Part shown: positions 51,043-60,555 of the stretch, piece by piece
Layout: every line of letters starts with the position of its first letter
Position numbering within the stretch: position 1 is the stretch's first letter
Virus record (IMG/VR): IMGVR_UViG_3300029985_000036
Location: 22,570 to 86,569 of that record
Length of the DNA: 64,000 bases
Source of the DNA: a virus
Direction: 5' to 3' (one strand)
Notes under the pieces: model-generated
What the model was told of the DNA's origin: nothing
The model's input: the letters and a program-made list of their open reading frames with translations, nothing else
Database searches by the model: none
Program-made: the position numbers and the translations under genes

Positions 51043-51046
51043 CAAC

Positions 51047-51448
51047 TTAGTCACGAACAAGCCATATCGATTGACCAAGAAAACCAATCAACAGGTTTCC
51101 AACAAGTGGAACGGCCTGACCTGCGGGATACTTTGCAATAGCGACCTGCAAATCTTCTGTTGTAACGACTACTCCATGAGTAGTAGCCATTGACATACCT
51201 GCATTGAAGGCATTCAGAATTTTAGATGCGGTGGTATCTAAGACAGTTGCGATGGCCTGAAGAGTAAGAACCGTCAGTTCAGTCTCTCCATACTCGATCC
51301 GTGAAATGGCTGACTGTCTTTTGTTTAGCGCAACAGCAAGGTTGCTCTGACTGAGTTGTTTAGTGTTTCGTGCAGCAGCTACCACCTGCCCAAGAATGGC
51401 CGACGGGGTGGTGATCCAAGTCAGCGATTGTACGGACGTATTTGACAT
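51047..51448 (-). CDS. XRE-family HTH protein
   Basis: LGQVVAAARNTKQLSQSNLA..QSAISRIEYGE..LTV.TL..IA..L. Confidence 0.85.
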   Translation of the reverse strand: MSNTSVQSLTWITTPSAILGQVVAAARNTKQLSQSNLAVALNKRQSAISRIEYGETELTVLTLQAIATVLDTTASKILNAFNAGMSMATTHGVVVTTEDLQVAIAKYPAGQAVPLVGNLLIGFLGQSIWLVRD

Positions 51449-51546
51449 GATAGCCTCCATGATATTAAACCCGATTTTCGATCGTGAGGTTAACCGAGAT
51501 CCGCTCGGATTGTGTTCTAGCTTATCTGATCTCGGATCAGATGGGA

Positions 51547-52008
51547 TCAGTCACGATTTGCAAGAAAGGCGAGGCCACCAGCTACCGCAGCTCCGACTGC
51601 AACACCTTTGCAGATATTTGAGAAGAACTTCCACTTTTTGATAGAAGCATTGGCAGTTGTGACCTTTTCCTCAAGTAGTGTAAGCTCCCGGTCAGACTGG
51701 ATCTTTTGTTCCAGCATATCACACCGCCGACGAAGTTCCTTATCACTCTGACAAACATGTGCCGTGTATTCAGCAGTAACTTTGAAATCGGCGTCAATCA
51801 ATTGACGAAGAATTTCGTCTGAAATGTCGTCGATGATAACAGCATTCGGCACACTGCTGTCCTCTGCATGCAACAAGTGGTATGCGCATATCAGTCGCTC
51901 GGCTTGAGTGATAGTTGAATTTGCACCAATCCAAGAGAACAGCCGAAGCTTCTTTGTAAACAGCTCGAGTTGAACTGCAGTAAGTGAGGTCTGTGATACG
52001 TTTTCCAT
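51547..52008 (-). CDS. Coiled-coil protein with C-terminal TM
   Basis: 153 aa, AGGAG RBS. Confidence 0.7.
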   Translation of the reverse strand: MENVSQTSLTAVQLELFTKKLRLFSWIGANSTITQAERLICAYHLLHAEDSSVPNAVIIDDISDEILRQLIDADFKVTAEYTAHVCQSDKELRRRCDMLEQKIQSDRELTLLEEKVTTANASIKKWKFFSNICKGVAVGAAVAGGLAFLANRD

Positions 52009-52044
52009 AACAAGTCTCCTGTTTTTCGGGATGGGTGAAGTCGA

Positions 52045-52482
52045 TTAAGCAACTGAGTCCATGGTAATTGTGATAAACCGATCCGGGTTAAACGCCTCAC
52101 GGATGGTAATCGATTCTCCCATCAGTAGTTTTTCCAGCTTGGTAAACTCCACAAGACTGTTTCCCATGAGATCTTGTGGGCTCAGGGGATCCAGATGATC
52201 GATTCCGGCGATGGAGAAGAAGTCGCTGTCGAGACATCGCTGATAGATCCGGATCGTCTGATTTTCGTAGGAATGGTCATGCATTTCTGCATCCCAAACA
52301 AGATTCTCAATCACATCAGCCGACCCGGTTACTTTCAACGAGAGATTGGCAAACATGCCACCCTTGTAAAGACCATAGAAATTGCGACCTCTTTCCAAAC
52401 CATAGCCAGTGGTGTCATCGTTGCGAACGATGTTGTATTTTTCCATCAGAGCGGAGAATTCCGTAATAGATTTGAACGACAT
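52045..52482 (-). CDS. Hypothetical protein, paralog of 59210-59692
   Basis: F.ALM.KYN and EKLL.GE.I motifs shared. Confidence 0.7.
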   Translation of the reverse strand: MSFKSITEFSALMEKYNIVRNDDTTGYGLERGRNFYGLYKGGMFANLSLKVTGSADVIENLVWDAEMHDHSYENQTIRIYQRCLDSDFFSIAGIDHLDPLSPQDLMGNSLVEFTKLEKLLMGESITIREAFNPDRFITITMDSVA

Positions 52483-52535
52483 GAGAGTGCTTCCTTTTGA
52501 TGATAGAGTTTATAAAACTACTATCTTGGTTATAG

Positions 52536-52572
52536 CTTCAATTTGATAGTATATATCTGAATCTGGATGAAA
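52536..52572 (-). promoter_or_regulatory. Phage early promoter
   Basis: Minus strand TTTCATCCAGATTCAGATATATACTATCAAATTGAAG. Confidence 0.75.
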
Positions 52573-52693
52573 CGCAGTGTTAGTTGTTCTACCAAATTAT
52601 CAGAGAATACCCCTATGAAAAGGTGAGTCAAACTAACATGAGATAGTAAATTAAACAAACAAAAAATACGAAACTCACTAGATCAAACAAAAA

Positions 52694-52731
52694 TCGAACA
52701 GGGGGTTGGGCTTTCGCCCACCCCCTGTCGA
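52694..52731 (-). terminator. GC-rich terminator after tRNA-like RNA
   Basis: ACAGGGGGUGGGC-GAAA-GCCCAACCCCCUGU followed by U-rich run on minus strand. Confidence 0.7.
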
Positions 52732-52799
52732 GTTGTTGGAATCGGACCAACGACGATATGACGCAATGCATATGTTTTACCAACTAAACTAAACTCTGA
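52728..52799 (-). ncRNA. Degenerate tRNA-like RNA
   Basis: GAGUU/AACUC acceptor, UA-GUUU-AGUUGGUA-AAAC D arm, AUAUG-8nt-CAUAU anticodon arm, GUUGG-UCCGAUU-CCAAC T arm. Confidence 0.65.
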
Positions 52800-52835
52800 T
52801 TTCAAATAAGTAATATATATCTGAATCTGGATGAA
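52800..52835 (-). promoter_or_regulatory. Phage early promoter
   Basis: Minus strand TTTCATCCAGATTCAGATATATATTACTTATTTGAAA; shares a ~34-bp exact direct repeat with the promoter at 52550. Confidence 0.75.
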
Positions 52836-52964
52836 ACGCAGTGTTAGAATATGCCATCGAATCATGCTATGTAATCAAATTATTCTTTTTGAGAGAATGA
52901 AACTTATCGTAACAATAAGCTTTTAAATAATTGTTAGTATGATATCAGTGATGGAGAATGGCTT

Positions 52965-55900
52965 GTGGATGATATACAAAGTGGTCCAGAAATTGCAGTA
53001 GAACGTGGAGTTTATTCTACGTTTCATCAAAACATGGTGTCTTGGCGTCAGGCTAACATAGGAAGCAAACTAGTTCCCTTTGATAATCTCTGTTTGCCTA
53101 ACAATAGTGTTCTCCATGTGGTAGATCAGTTTCTCACACACCCAATTACAACTGTGCTTCCAGATCTCACAAATCCTCTGATAAAAAATGAGACCTATGT
53201 AAAATATCTAGAGACTCTTCAAACCATTCCTGGAGAGGATGCTCCATTACCAATCACTGAGAAATACCGATTCCGAGCCGTCCGATACAATCAAGAGATT
53301 CGTGATTTCTGGATCGCACATCGTGATATCAAACGACCTGCTTCTCGAGATGCCATGATTCATCGGGCAATGACACTTCCCATTATTAACTACAATGAAA
53401 TCTTAACTGCACAGATTATCGGTGGAACATTTCTCTATTATCGTCAATTTGATTTATTGTTTCGTACCATTCTTAATACAATGATGACAATCACTGATAA
53501 ACATCAGTGGTTACAAATTCCATTGTCTCGAACTCTTTATACCAAAATGCAGTTTATGCAAACATTTGAAACGATCAATTACCAGACCGTTCGAATCAAG
53601 AATGATCCATCATTTTTCTTTTTAATTCACTTGATTAATTTTGTTTCAAAAACTGCAACAAATTCTTTGTTTGATCAAATTCCAGTTGCAATGTTAGATA
53701 CTTTTAACATCATCATGACGGCGGGTGATAAAGCAGTTATTTACAATCTGGGTGATCTCAAAAATATCTTTGATGATCGTCCAGATAACAACTTTTATCA
53801 GATGGTTATTCGTCATGTCAATACCTTGAAATTGGCAGGATTTGCCCAACACGATATCACAGGGTTGGATGAAGATGCTTATACAAAACTTATTGAAGAT
53901 GTAGCTCCAGATGATATCCATGCAGTTGATCCAACGGTTGAATCTCCTGTTGTTGAGCCTGAGACACCAAGTCCGTTACTGTCACCCGGTGCCAAAGGGG
54001 TTTCTTTTGTCGCTCCTTCTTCTAGTGTCAAGTTACATTCTGAACCAAAAACACTTGCTCCACCTAAGGTAATTCCTCCATTAGAACCATCAAAAACACC
54101 TGGTGCACACAGTGATTCAGTAAGCAAGAAATTACCAGAATTTCTGACACATACCCCACTGCCAACTGTGGAACCGGCTGAGCCGACTTTACCACCAGTT
54201 ATTACAACACTTCCCCAAGCACCAACCTCATTGATTACCACCATTGATCAAGGTGCATATCATGCAATTCAGACAGCAACCCATCTATCTGAAGATCAAC
54301 GGAATGCTGCAATTAAAGCGGCACAGCTCTATAAAACATTGTTGTTAGATGGGGTTACCATTGAAGCACATTTGTCTCAGACCGCTGAACCGAAGATTGG
54401 TGACAGTCATCTAGGTTTTCTAAAAAACAAAGTTGTTGATCAGTCGATGTTGAGTTCATCGGCTATCGATTTAGACAAACACTATCTTGAACACGTCATG
54501 GCTAAAGATATTGCTTCGGTAGTTTCTTGCATGGCAATTAATGGTATGTTGTTGGTTAAAGTCGAACAACGGGATGAAATTACGCAGCTCAATCGTATTC
54601 GTCATTACAAAACAGTATATCAAGATCTGATGGGTCGGCGACATACAGTCAGCTTCAAGTTCCCAGTTGTATCAACAGATGGTACCATTATGATTAATGG
54701 TATTGAAAGCCGAATGATCAAACAGCAAGTGAACTTACCCATTTGTAAAATTGATAGCAATCGTGTTTCATTGGCCTCTAGTTACAACAAGACACTTGTT
54801 GAACGGGTTGGTACCAAAGCTCATAACTTCAATGCATATATCACTCGATATATTGCTGCAATTTATAAAGCAAAAGTTGGACTTACTATTGGTTATGGTA
54901 GTCTAACGACTTCTGTAAAACTTCCTTATGATTACAGTTCATTAGCGGCTCGTTATAGTACTCTTGATTTTAAAGATACCACTATTGATACCTATCCTGT
55001 ACAATATAGATTCATCTTCGATTATGATAAACGGTTTGGTGACTTTCATGTACCGAACTATACCGAAGCAGAAAGTACCTTTACCCACGAAGGTAATTTG
55101 TTCAATCAAACTGCAATGTATGGTGAGACAAATGCATTACCAGAACACGAGTTCAAGGTAGCAGATCTTAAATGGATCCTGCAATACGCCGATACAGATC
55201 CTGAGAGATTACTTAAGGCGGATACTCTGGCTCCCATTTTGGTAACCAAAGATGCAAAAGGTCGACTGGTCACCATTGATGGATTTCATCGACTGACAAA
55301 AGCAGTTGCTGAAGGATTGCTAACACTTCCTGGCAAGCTCATACCACACGACATGCTGATGCGGTATTCATTGGGTGCAGATTCTGGTCCTGCCGGTGAA
55401 GCACTCAAACCATCCAAACTATCATATCCCATTATTCGGGCGAATGCGTTAAGCGCCTATGAAAAACACTATGGTGTTTACTGCGGAACCTCTCGTCGAA
55501 ATGGTTATACATATCGCATGTTCTTTGGGTATGATAACACGATTCGATTCATTGGTCCTAATAAAGGTATGACACCAGAAGCAACTCAATTTGCAAAGAA
55601 CTTTACAACTATATTGTTTGATACCTTTGATAATCTCGTTCCACCACCCAAACCACTTTCAGAATGGACAGAACTTAAGATCCTCGATAAGGTCTTTCCT
55701 GTTGTATTTATTCTCGGATTTGAATATGGTATTCAGCGGGTTCTGGATCATCTTAAACTGGAGTATCAATTTGTTCCAAATGGTACCCGATTCCCTCGGA
55801 CTCCAACTACGATTGTCATACCCTTTGCTGATGGTAGTTTAGTATTTGACCGATACCCCCTCCTCAACAGTTTTATTGTTGCGGGGCTATTAAAGTTCAA

Positions 55901-58079
55901 TACCAAACCTTATGAATTTTCTCAGTTCAATCATCAGGATGTATATTACACCCTTCTGCGGAATGCAAACATATCACTTAACTATCTCAAAGGCATCTCT
56001 GACTTCTTCAAACTATTTGTTGATCCTATCACACGTGATGTATTGCTTCGTATGCATGAACCAACTGAAGTTGGTAGACTGTTGGTAAGAGCAACAGAAA
56101 TGTTGACGACTGAAGATGCTATTCCTTCAGCAAGTATGCGTAATCATCGACTGCGTGGATATGAACGATTTACGACAACTCTTTACAATGAGATGGCTCG
56201 TTCTTATGCTACCTATAGTCGACAACGTGGTAATCGTAAGTCATATTCTATCAATCCAGAAGCTGTTTTCTTACGGTTAATCCAGGATCAGACACTTCAT
56301 ATTGTTGAAGAAATTAATCCAGTTGAAAACATTAAAGATAAACATGCTGCTACTTACACTGGCAGTGGCGGTCGAACTGCACAAAGCTTTGTTGTGGAAG
56401 ATCGTCAATTCCCTGCGGATGGTATTGGTGTATTGTCAGAAGCCACGCCGTATAGTGGCAAAGTGGCTATTAACACCTATGTCACAGCAGATCCTCTAAT
56501 TGATAATATCCGTGGTATGTTTGCTCTGGATAATGTTGATATTGAAAAGTTGGAACCAAGTCAAATTATCAGTGTTCCTGCTTTATTGATGCCAGGTTCG
56601 ACTAACGATGACGGTAAGCGCGCAGCTTTCCTGTCGATCCAGCTACATCACCATGTCCCATCTGAATATTCAGAAACTATGCGGGTACGAACTGGGTATG
56701 AAGCAGTATTGGCACATCGTACCAGTGAAATATATGCATGTTCTGCAAAACAAGATGGTGTAGTCGAAGAAATCAATAACGATCTTGGGTTAATCAAAGT
56801 TCGTTATGTCCAACATGTATATCCACCATTTAAGTTTGATCGAGTCTCTAGTTCATCTGCTATCCGTAGTAAATTCACTGAAGTTGCAACACGAGAACTT
56901 GCTGCCAATCATCCAGTTTATGTGGCACAAGCTGATGCAAAAACCACTGAATTTCATCTTCATGACATCTACATATTTAACAATATGTTGCTGCAGGTTG
57001 TAGATATTCTTCCATTGGCAGATATTGATACAATGCCAATGAATGAGTATTTAACTTCTTCAGCTAAAGATACACTTCATGGTGAAAAACAATCCGTTGT
57101 TGTGAAGTTTATGCGGATCCTACACGATCCTTCAGATGAAGTGGATATCTTCAAATTTGGTACTAAATTCACCAGTGCTGCTGGATCTTTTGTAAAGCAA
57201 AAAGTTGTTTGTAACGTTACTGTTGGTGAAAAAATTCATCGTGGTGACATTCTTGCTTACAATACAGGATTCTTTGAACTGGATCCATTTGATCCAAAAC
57301 AGGTCACATGGAAACATGGTATCATGGCAAATGTTGCTTTGATAGAAGGCAACGACACCATCGAAGATTCTAATGCCATCACACCTGAATTTAGTAAACG
57401 TCTTGAAACGGCGTCTTCTCATTTGCGTACCTTACAAATTACAGCAAACACTATCATCCGTGATCTCAAGCCAATTGGTACTGTCGTTCAAACCACAGAC
57501 TTACTTTGTACTTTAGAAGATGCAGATATTGCATCTTTGTCAGATGCTGATAATAACTCTATGTTGGAATTGTTAACCAGTTTAAATCGCAAAGCACCAA
57601 GAGCCCGATATCATGGAGAGATAGCTGAAATTGACATGCTCTATTCATGTCCATTATCAGAGATGCATCCATCGCTTGCTGCTCTTGCTAAATTAATCAA
57701 TACTCGTAAATCTCTATTGGCAGAAGCTGCTTCTGGTACCCACAAATCAGTTGATTATGCCGCGCCTGCACAGGTGACTGTTGGTACAAAATTCCATGGA
57801 ATTGAATTCTTGGCAGACACTGTCATGTTGATGTTTTATATCACAGAAGACATTGATCTTGGTGCTGGTGATAAAATTGTTCTGATGAATCAAGCCAAGA
57901 GTGTTACGGCCACAGTCACTGAGAAACCAATGGAAACAGAAAGCCACTATCCGGTGGATATGCTTTTCTCTGCAAAATCTGTTAACAACCGAATCATCAC
58001 AAGTCCAACAACAGTGGGTTTTGCAAATCGAGTTCTTGCTCATCTTGAGACCTGTTCAACAGATCTCTACTTTGACTAA
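52965..58079 (+). CDS. rpoB: Virion RNA polymerase beta-like subunit (phiKZ gp178-like)
   Basis: 1704 aa; INGI..RMIKQQ, RLRGYER, TYTGSGGR, SEATP.SGKVA, NDDGKRA, RTGYE, EDS, GDK, VDMLFS motifs. Confidence 0.9.
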   Translation: MDDIQSGPEIAVERGVYSTFHQNMVSWRQANIGSKLVPFDNLCLPNNSVLHVVDQFLTHPITTVLPDLTNPLIKNETYVKYLETLQTIPGEDAPLPITEKYRFRAVRYNQEIRDFWIAHRDIKRPASRDAMIHRAMTLPIINYNEILTAQIIGGTFLYYRQFDLLFRTILNTMMTITDKHQWLQIPLSRTLYTKMQFMQTFETINYQTVRIKNDPSFFFLIHLINFVSKTATNSLFDQIPVAMLDTFNIIMTAGDKAVIYNLGDLKNIFDDRPDNNFYQMVIRHVNTLKLAGFAQHDITGLDEDAYTKLIEDVAPDDIHAVDPTVESPVVEPETPSPLLSPGAKGVSFVAPSSSVKLHSEPKTLAPPKVIPPLEPSKTPGAHSDSVSKKLPEFLTHTPLPTVEPAEPTLPPVITTLPQAPTSLITTIDQGAYHAIQTATHLSEDQRNAAIKAAQLYKTLLLDGVTIEAHLSQTAEPKIGDSHLGFLKNKVVDQSMLSSSAIDLDKHYLEHVMAKDIASVVSCMAINGMLLVKVEQRDEITQLNRIRHYKTVYQDLMGRRHTVSFKFPVVSTDGTIMINGIESRMIKQQVNLPICKIDSNRVSLASSYNKTLVERVGTKAHNFNAYITRYIAAIYKAKVGLTIGYGSLTTSVKLPYDYSSLAARYSTLDFKDTTIDTYPVQYRFIFDYDKRFGDFHVPNYTEAESTFTHEGNLFNQTAMYGETNALPEHEFKVADLKWILQYADTDPERLLKADTLAPILVTKDAKGRLVTIDGFHRLTKAVAEGLLTLPGKLIPHDMLMRYSLGADSGPAGEALKPSKLSYPIIRANALSAYEKHYGVYCGTSRRNGYTYRMFFGYDNTIRFIGPNKGMTPEATQFAKNFTTILFDTFDNLVPPPKPLSEWTELKILDKVFPVVFILGFEYGIQRVLDHLKLEYQFVPNGTRFPRTPTTIVIPFADGSLVFDRYPLLNSFIVAGLLKFNTKPYEFSQFNHQDVYYTLLRNANISLNYLKGISDFFKLFVDPITRDVLLRMHEPTEVGRLLVRATEMLTTEDAIPSASMRNHRLRGYERFTTTLYNEMARSYATYSRQRGNRKSYSINPEAVFLRLIQDQTLHIVEEINPVENIKDKHAATYTGSGGRTAQSFVVEDRQFPADGIGVLSEATPYSGKVAINTYVTADPLIDNIRGMFALDNVDIEKLEPSQIISVPALLMPGSTNDDGKRAAFLSIQLHHHVPSEYSETMRVRTGYEAVLAHRTSEIYACSAKQDGVVEEINNDLGLIKVRYVQHVYPPFKFDRVSSSSAIRSKFTEVATRELAANHPVYVAQADAKTTEFHLHDIYIFNNMLLQVVDILPLADIDTMPMNEYLTSSAKDTLHGEKQSVVVKFMRILHDPSDEVDIFKFGTKFTSAAGSFVKQKVVCNVTVGEKIHRGDILAYNTGFFELDPFDPKQVTWKHGIMANVALIEGNDTIEDSNAITPEFSKRLETASSHLRTLQITANTIIRDLKPIGTVVQTTDLLCTLEDADIASLSDADNNSMLELLTSLNRKAPRARYHGEIAEIDMLYSCPLSEMHPSLAALAKLINTRKSLLAEAASGTHKSVDYAAPAQVTVGTKFHGIEFLADTVMLMFYITEDIDLGAGDKIVLMNQAKSVTATVTEKPMETESHYPVDMLFSAKSVNNRIITSPTTVGFANRVLAHLETCSTDLYFD

Positions 58080-58099
58080 AAAATAAAGATAGCTAAGAA

Positions 58100-58129
58100 A
58101 AGAGAGGACCGCAGCTGCGGTCCTCTCTT
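58100..58129. terminator. Perfect 30-bp palindrome, bidirectional terminator
   Basis: AAGAGAGGACCGCAG|CTGCGGTCCTCTCTT between convergent genes. Confidence 0.7.
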
Positions 58130-58147
58130 ACTAGTTTTGTTTCCACA

Positions 58148-58321
58148 TCACTTGGGGGTAATATTCATTTTCTTCCAGTAATCTCGAAGAAGGTTATCAT
58201 TCCTAGCTTTGAGACAATCAAAAGATGCGTTAACCCCTTCCATAATCGAATTAACTTTGGGGTCGTTAGCAGTCTTTGCGGAAGTATTTTCCGATACGTC
58301 ACGGATTGTGAATTCACGCAT
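58148..58321 (-). CDS. Small hypothetical protein
   Basis: AGGAG RBS before MREFTIR. Confidence 0.55.
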   Translation of the reverse strand: MREFTIRDVSENTSAKTANDPKVNSIMEGVNASFDCLKARNDNLLRDYWKKMNITPK

Positions 58322-58395
58322 AGAAAGTCTCCTATTAAGAATGAAAGTGGTCGGCGCAGTCAGTGAACAACCTCTTGATTTCATCTCGTGAGAGA

Positions 58396-58593
58396 TTACC
58401 GACGGTTGTCGTGGTGGCGCACCTCACGGAAGGTGACGCAATGACCCGACCGATCCGTCTCTTGCATATACCGAAATGCTTCGTAGCAGCGCCGATGGGA
58501 ATCATAGCGATCCCACCAGCGGCTGTCACCCAGCTTCTTGTTGACGAGGTAGTCCTTGATGGAATCAATTTGGTTCTGGGTGAGACACGCCAT
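58396..58593 (-). CDS. Small hypothetical protein
   Basis: 65 aa, AGGAG RBS. Confidence 0.55.
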   Translation of the reverse strand: MACLTQNQIDSIKDYLVNKKLGDSRWWDRYDSHRRCYEAFRYMQETDRSGHCVTFREVRHHDNRR

Positions 58594-58624
58594 GGTAGGT
58601 ACTCCTGATATAGTCGATGGATGA

Positions 58625-58759
58625 TTATGCAGCCAGCTTTTCTGCGAGAGCCAGTGCAGCTTTTGCCTGTTTGTGCTTCTGGTTGATATTCACCGCATCG
58701 GCGATCGAGATACCAACGGTGACACCGAGAAGAAGAAGACTTGCACCGAGACGTAACAT
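58625..58759 (-). CDS. Small membrane peptide
   Basis: AAGGA RBS, MLRLGASLLLLGVTVGISIA..., 44 aa. Confidence 0.55.
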   Translation of the reverse strand: MLRLGASLLLLGVTVGISIADAVNINQKHKQAKAALALAEKLAA

Positions 58760-58815
58760 GGGATTATTCCTTTTGATGAAGATGGTAGAAAATGATCGCA
58801 GCCAACTGACTGTGA

Positions 58816-58971
58816 TCACACGGCAGGTTTGGGAGGAGTAGCGTCCAGGACCTGGATCTTCTTGATGATCGAGTGGATCTGGAAAAATCGGGTGAGCGTG
58901 AAGACACGGCACGTCAGACCGACTGCAGCAACGCCATACACAAGACCCCTGATGAGTTTTTCTTCAGACAT
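58816..58971 (-). CDS. Small membrane peptide (not in ORF track)
   Basis: GGAG RBS, MSEEKLIRGLVYGVAAVGLT..., 51 aa. Confidence 0.5.
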   Translation of the reverse strand: MSEEKLIRGLVYGVAAVGLTCRVFTLTRFFQIHSIIKKIQVLDATPPKPAV

Positions 58972-59025
58972 GAAACATACTCCAGTTGATGGTTATACGT
59001 GAGATCGCGTGATAGTTCCGAGCAA

Positions 59026-59151
59026 TTACTTCTTGCAGGCTCGGATGAAATAGCCGATCGCACCGATGCAGGCAGCAGTGGCGAGTGCAGCACTGATTGT
59101 CTCATCGAGCGTGAGGTTCTTGATCTTTTGAACGAACGAAGTATCGGACAT
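59026..59151 (-). CDS. Small membrane peptide (not in ORF track)
   Basis: AGGAG RBS, MSDTSFVQKIK...AALATAACIGAIGYFIRACKK, 41 aa. Confidence 0.55.
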   Translation of the reverse strand: MSDTSFVQKIKNLTLDETISAALATAACIGAIGYFIRACKK

Positions 59152-59209
59152 GATAGTCTCCTGTTAGTTGATAGGATCTGGTGATGATCACCAGATCCTT
59201 ATTGCAATG

Positions 59210-59692
59210 TTAGTCGTGAGTCTGCAGCAGCTTTACGTCGATCCAGTCGGTCGGACTGGCGATACACGGAGAGTTGCCGTCGACATAGTCGTATTCATGG
59301 AACCGAATGGTCTCACCCGCCAGCAGCTTCTCAACAAGCGTGAGATCATCGCCATACATACCAAGAGGGAAGTTGCCATTCATGATGGCAGTACCGCAGA
59401 GAACAAAGTTAGACGTCTCACCAGGAAACTGTTGGTAAACAGTGATTGCCGACTGTTGGATGTTCGGCAGGCCGTTACGCAACGCATGACGACGATGAAT
59501 CGCGAACCTGCCTTCGGACATGACAATAACGAGCGGCAGATTGACGTACACACGACCATGGGCATCCGTGCTATCAAACAAGTAGTCGATATCCGGCGTT
59601 GCAATTGGATTCTTATCACCCATGCGGTGACTGGAGGTCGAAACATTGTACTTGCGCATGAGGGCATTGAATGTCGTGCGAGTGTGGGCCAT
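59210..59692 (-). CDS. Hypothetical protein, paralog of 52045-52482
   Basis: GGAG RBS before MAHTR; shared motifs. Confidence 0.65.
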   Translation of the reverse strand: MAHTRTTFNALMRKYNVSTSSHRMGDKNPIATPDIDYLFDSTDAHGRVYVNLPLVIVMSEGRFAIHRRHALRNGLPNIQQSAITVYQQFPGETSNFVLCGTAIMNGNFPLGMYGDDLTLVEKLLAGETIRFHEYDYVDGNSPCIASPTDWIDVKLLQTHD

Positions 59693-59783
59693 TGATATTA
59701 CTCCGATTATAGACACTCATGTGAGTTATCTATGGGTTGATTGGTAGATAGTTTACAACGATATCAACTATACCGGTTGTATT

Positions 59784-59820
59784 CTTCAATTCAGTAGTAT
59801 ATATCTGAATCTGGATGAAA
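59784..59820 (-). promoter_or_regulatory. Phage early promoter
   Basis: Minus strand TTTCATCCAGATTCAGATATATACTACTGAATTGAAG. Confidence 0.75.
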
Positions 59821-59834
59821 CGCAGATACATACC

Positions 59835-60380
59835 TTAGTGAATGGTCACACACATAGCTTCGAGACGAGCAATACGTGGTGCAATCCATGCCTCAATTGA
59901 GGCACGAATCGTCTGTGCAATTTCTTCAGGAACGGCTTCTGTTTCACCAACTGATCTTGGAAGAACAAATTCCATGTTAAAGGTTACCATGTTATTCAAG
60001 GCCGAGATCAACACAGCAGGAGAGTTGCCTTTACTCACGGAATACGCATCAGCAGCATATTCAAACTCCTGGTTTACACACACGCCAGCCTCAACATCGT
60101 CTAGATGACCAAGTGCATAATGGCCCTCTTCGTGGCCAAGGACTGCTGCCAATTCTGCAGGTGATAGATAGTCCAGTGCCTCTTCCAACACGATGACATA
60201 GTGATCATCGATTGTGATATTGTGTTCCAAAATCACTGCTGGCTGACTGGCATACCATTCAGTAGAATTGGATTTGTCGCTACACGTCACCAACCCGATT
60301 CCCCCAATGGACAGATAGAACATCCGATTATCGCTCGAGATTTCGGCATTCTTCGGAATGACAACTTGACCAACAAACAT
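59835..60380 (-). CDS. Zincin/M48-like metallopeptidase-domain protein
   Basis: ELAAVLGHEEGH...EYAADAYSV...LISAL; AGGAG RBS. Confidence 0.75.
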   Translation of the reverse strand: MFVGQVVIPKNAEISSDNRMFYLSIGGIGLVTCSDKSNSTEWYASQPAVILEHNITIDDHYVIVLEEALDYLSPAELAAVLGHEEGHYALGHLDDVEAGVCVNQEFEYAADAYSVSKGNSPAVLISALNNMVTFNMEFVLPRSVGETEAVPEEIAQTIRASIEAWIAPRIARLEAMCVTIH

Positions 60381-60429
60381 GACACAACTCCTACATAGAG
60401 TGAATGATTTTAGATACATCTGGTTGTAT

Positions 60430-60465
60430 CTTCATTGTAGTGGTATATATCTGAAATAGAATGAA
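60430..60465 (-). promoter_or_regulatory. Phage early promoter
   Basis: Minus strand TTTCATTCTATTTCAGATATATACCACTACAATGAAG. Confidence 0.75.
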
Positions 60466-60495
60466 ACTCACTAAATCATATAAAAAAATAGTAGA

Positions 60496-60525
60496 TGACA
60501 TGCTGGGGAATTCCCCAGCATGTCA
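60496..60525 (-). terminator. Perfect 30-bp palindrome terminator
   Basis: TGACATGCTGGGGAA|TTCCCCAGCATGTCA. Confidence 0.7.
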
Positions 60526-60555
60526 GTACCCATTTGCAGCAGTTTCGATTGAAAC

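Noticed and set aside
58945-59000. CTGATGAG...GAAAC on the plus strand resembling a third hammerhead
   Set aside because: Stem II does not abut GAAA, no stem III or stem I closure, and it lies antisense to an RBS-led small ORF.
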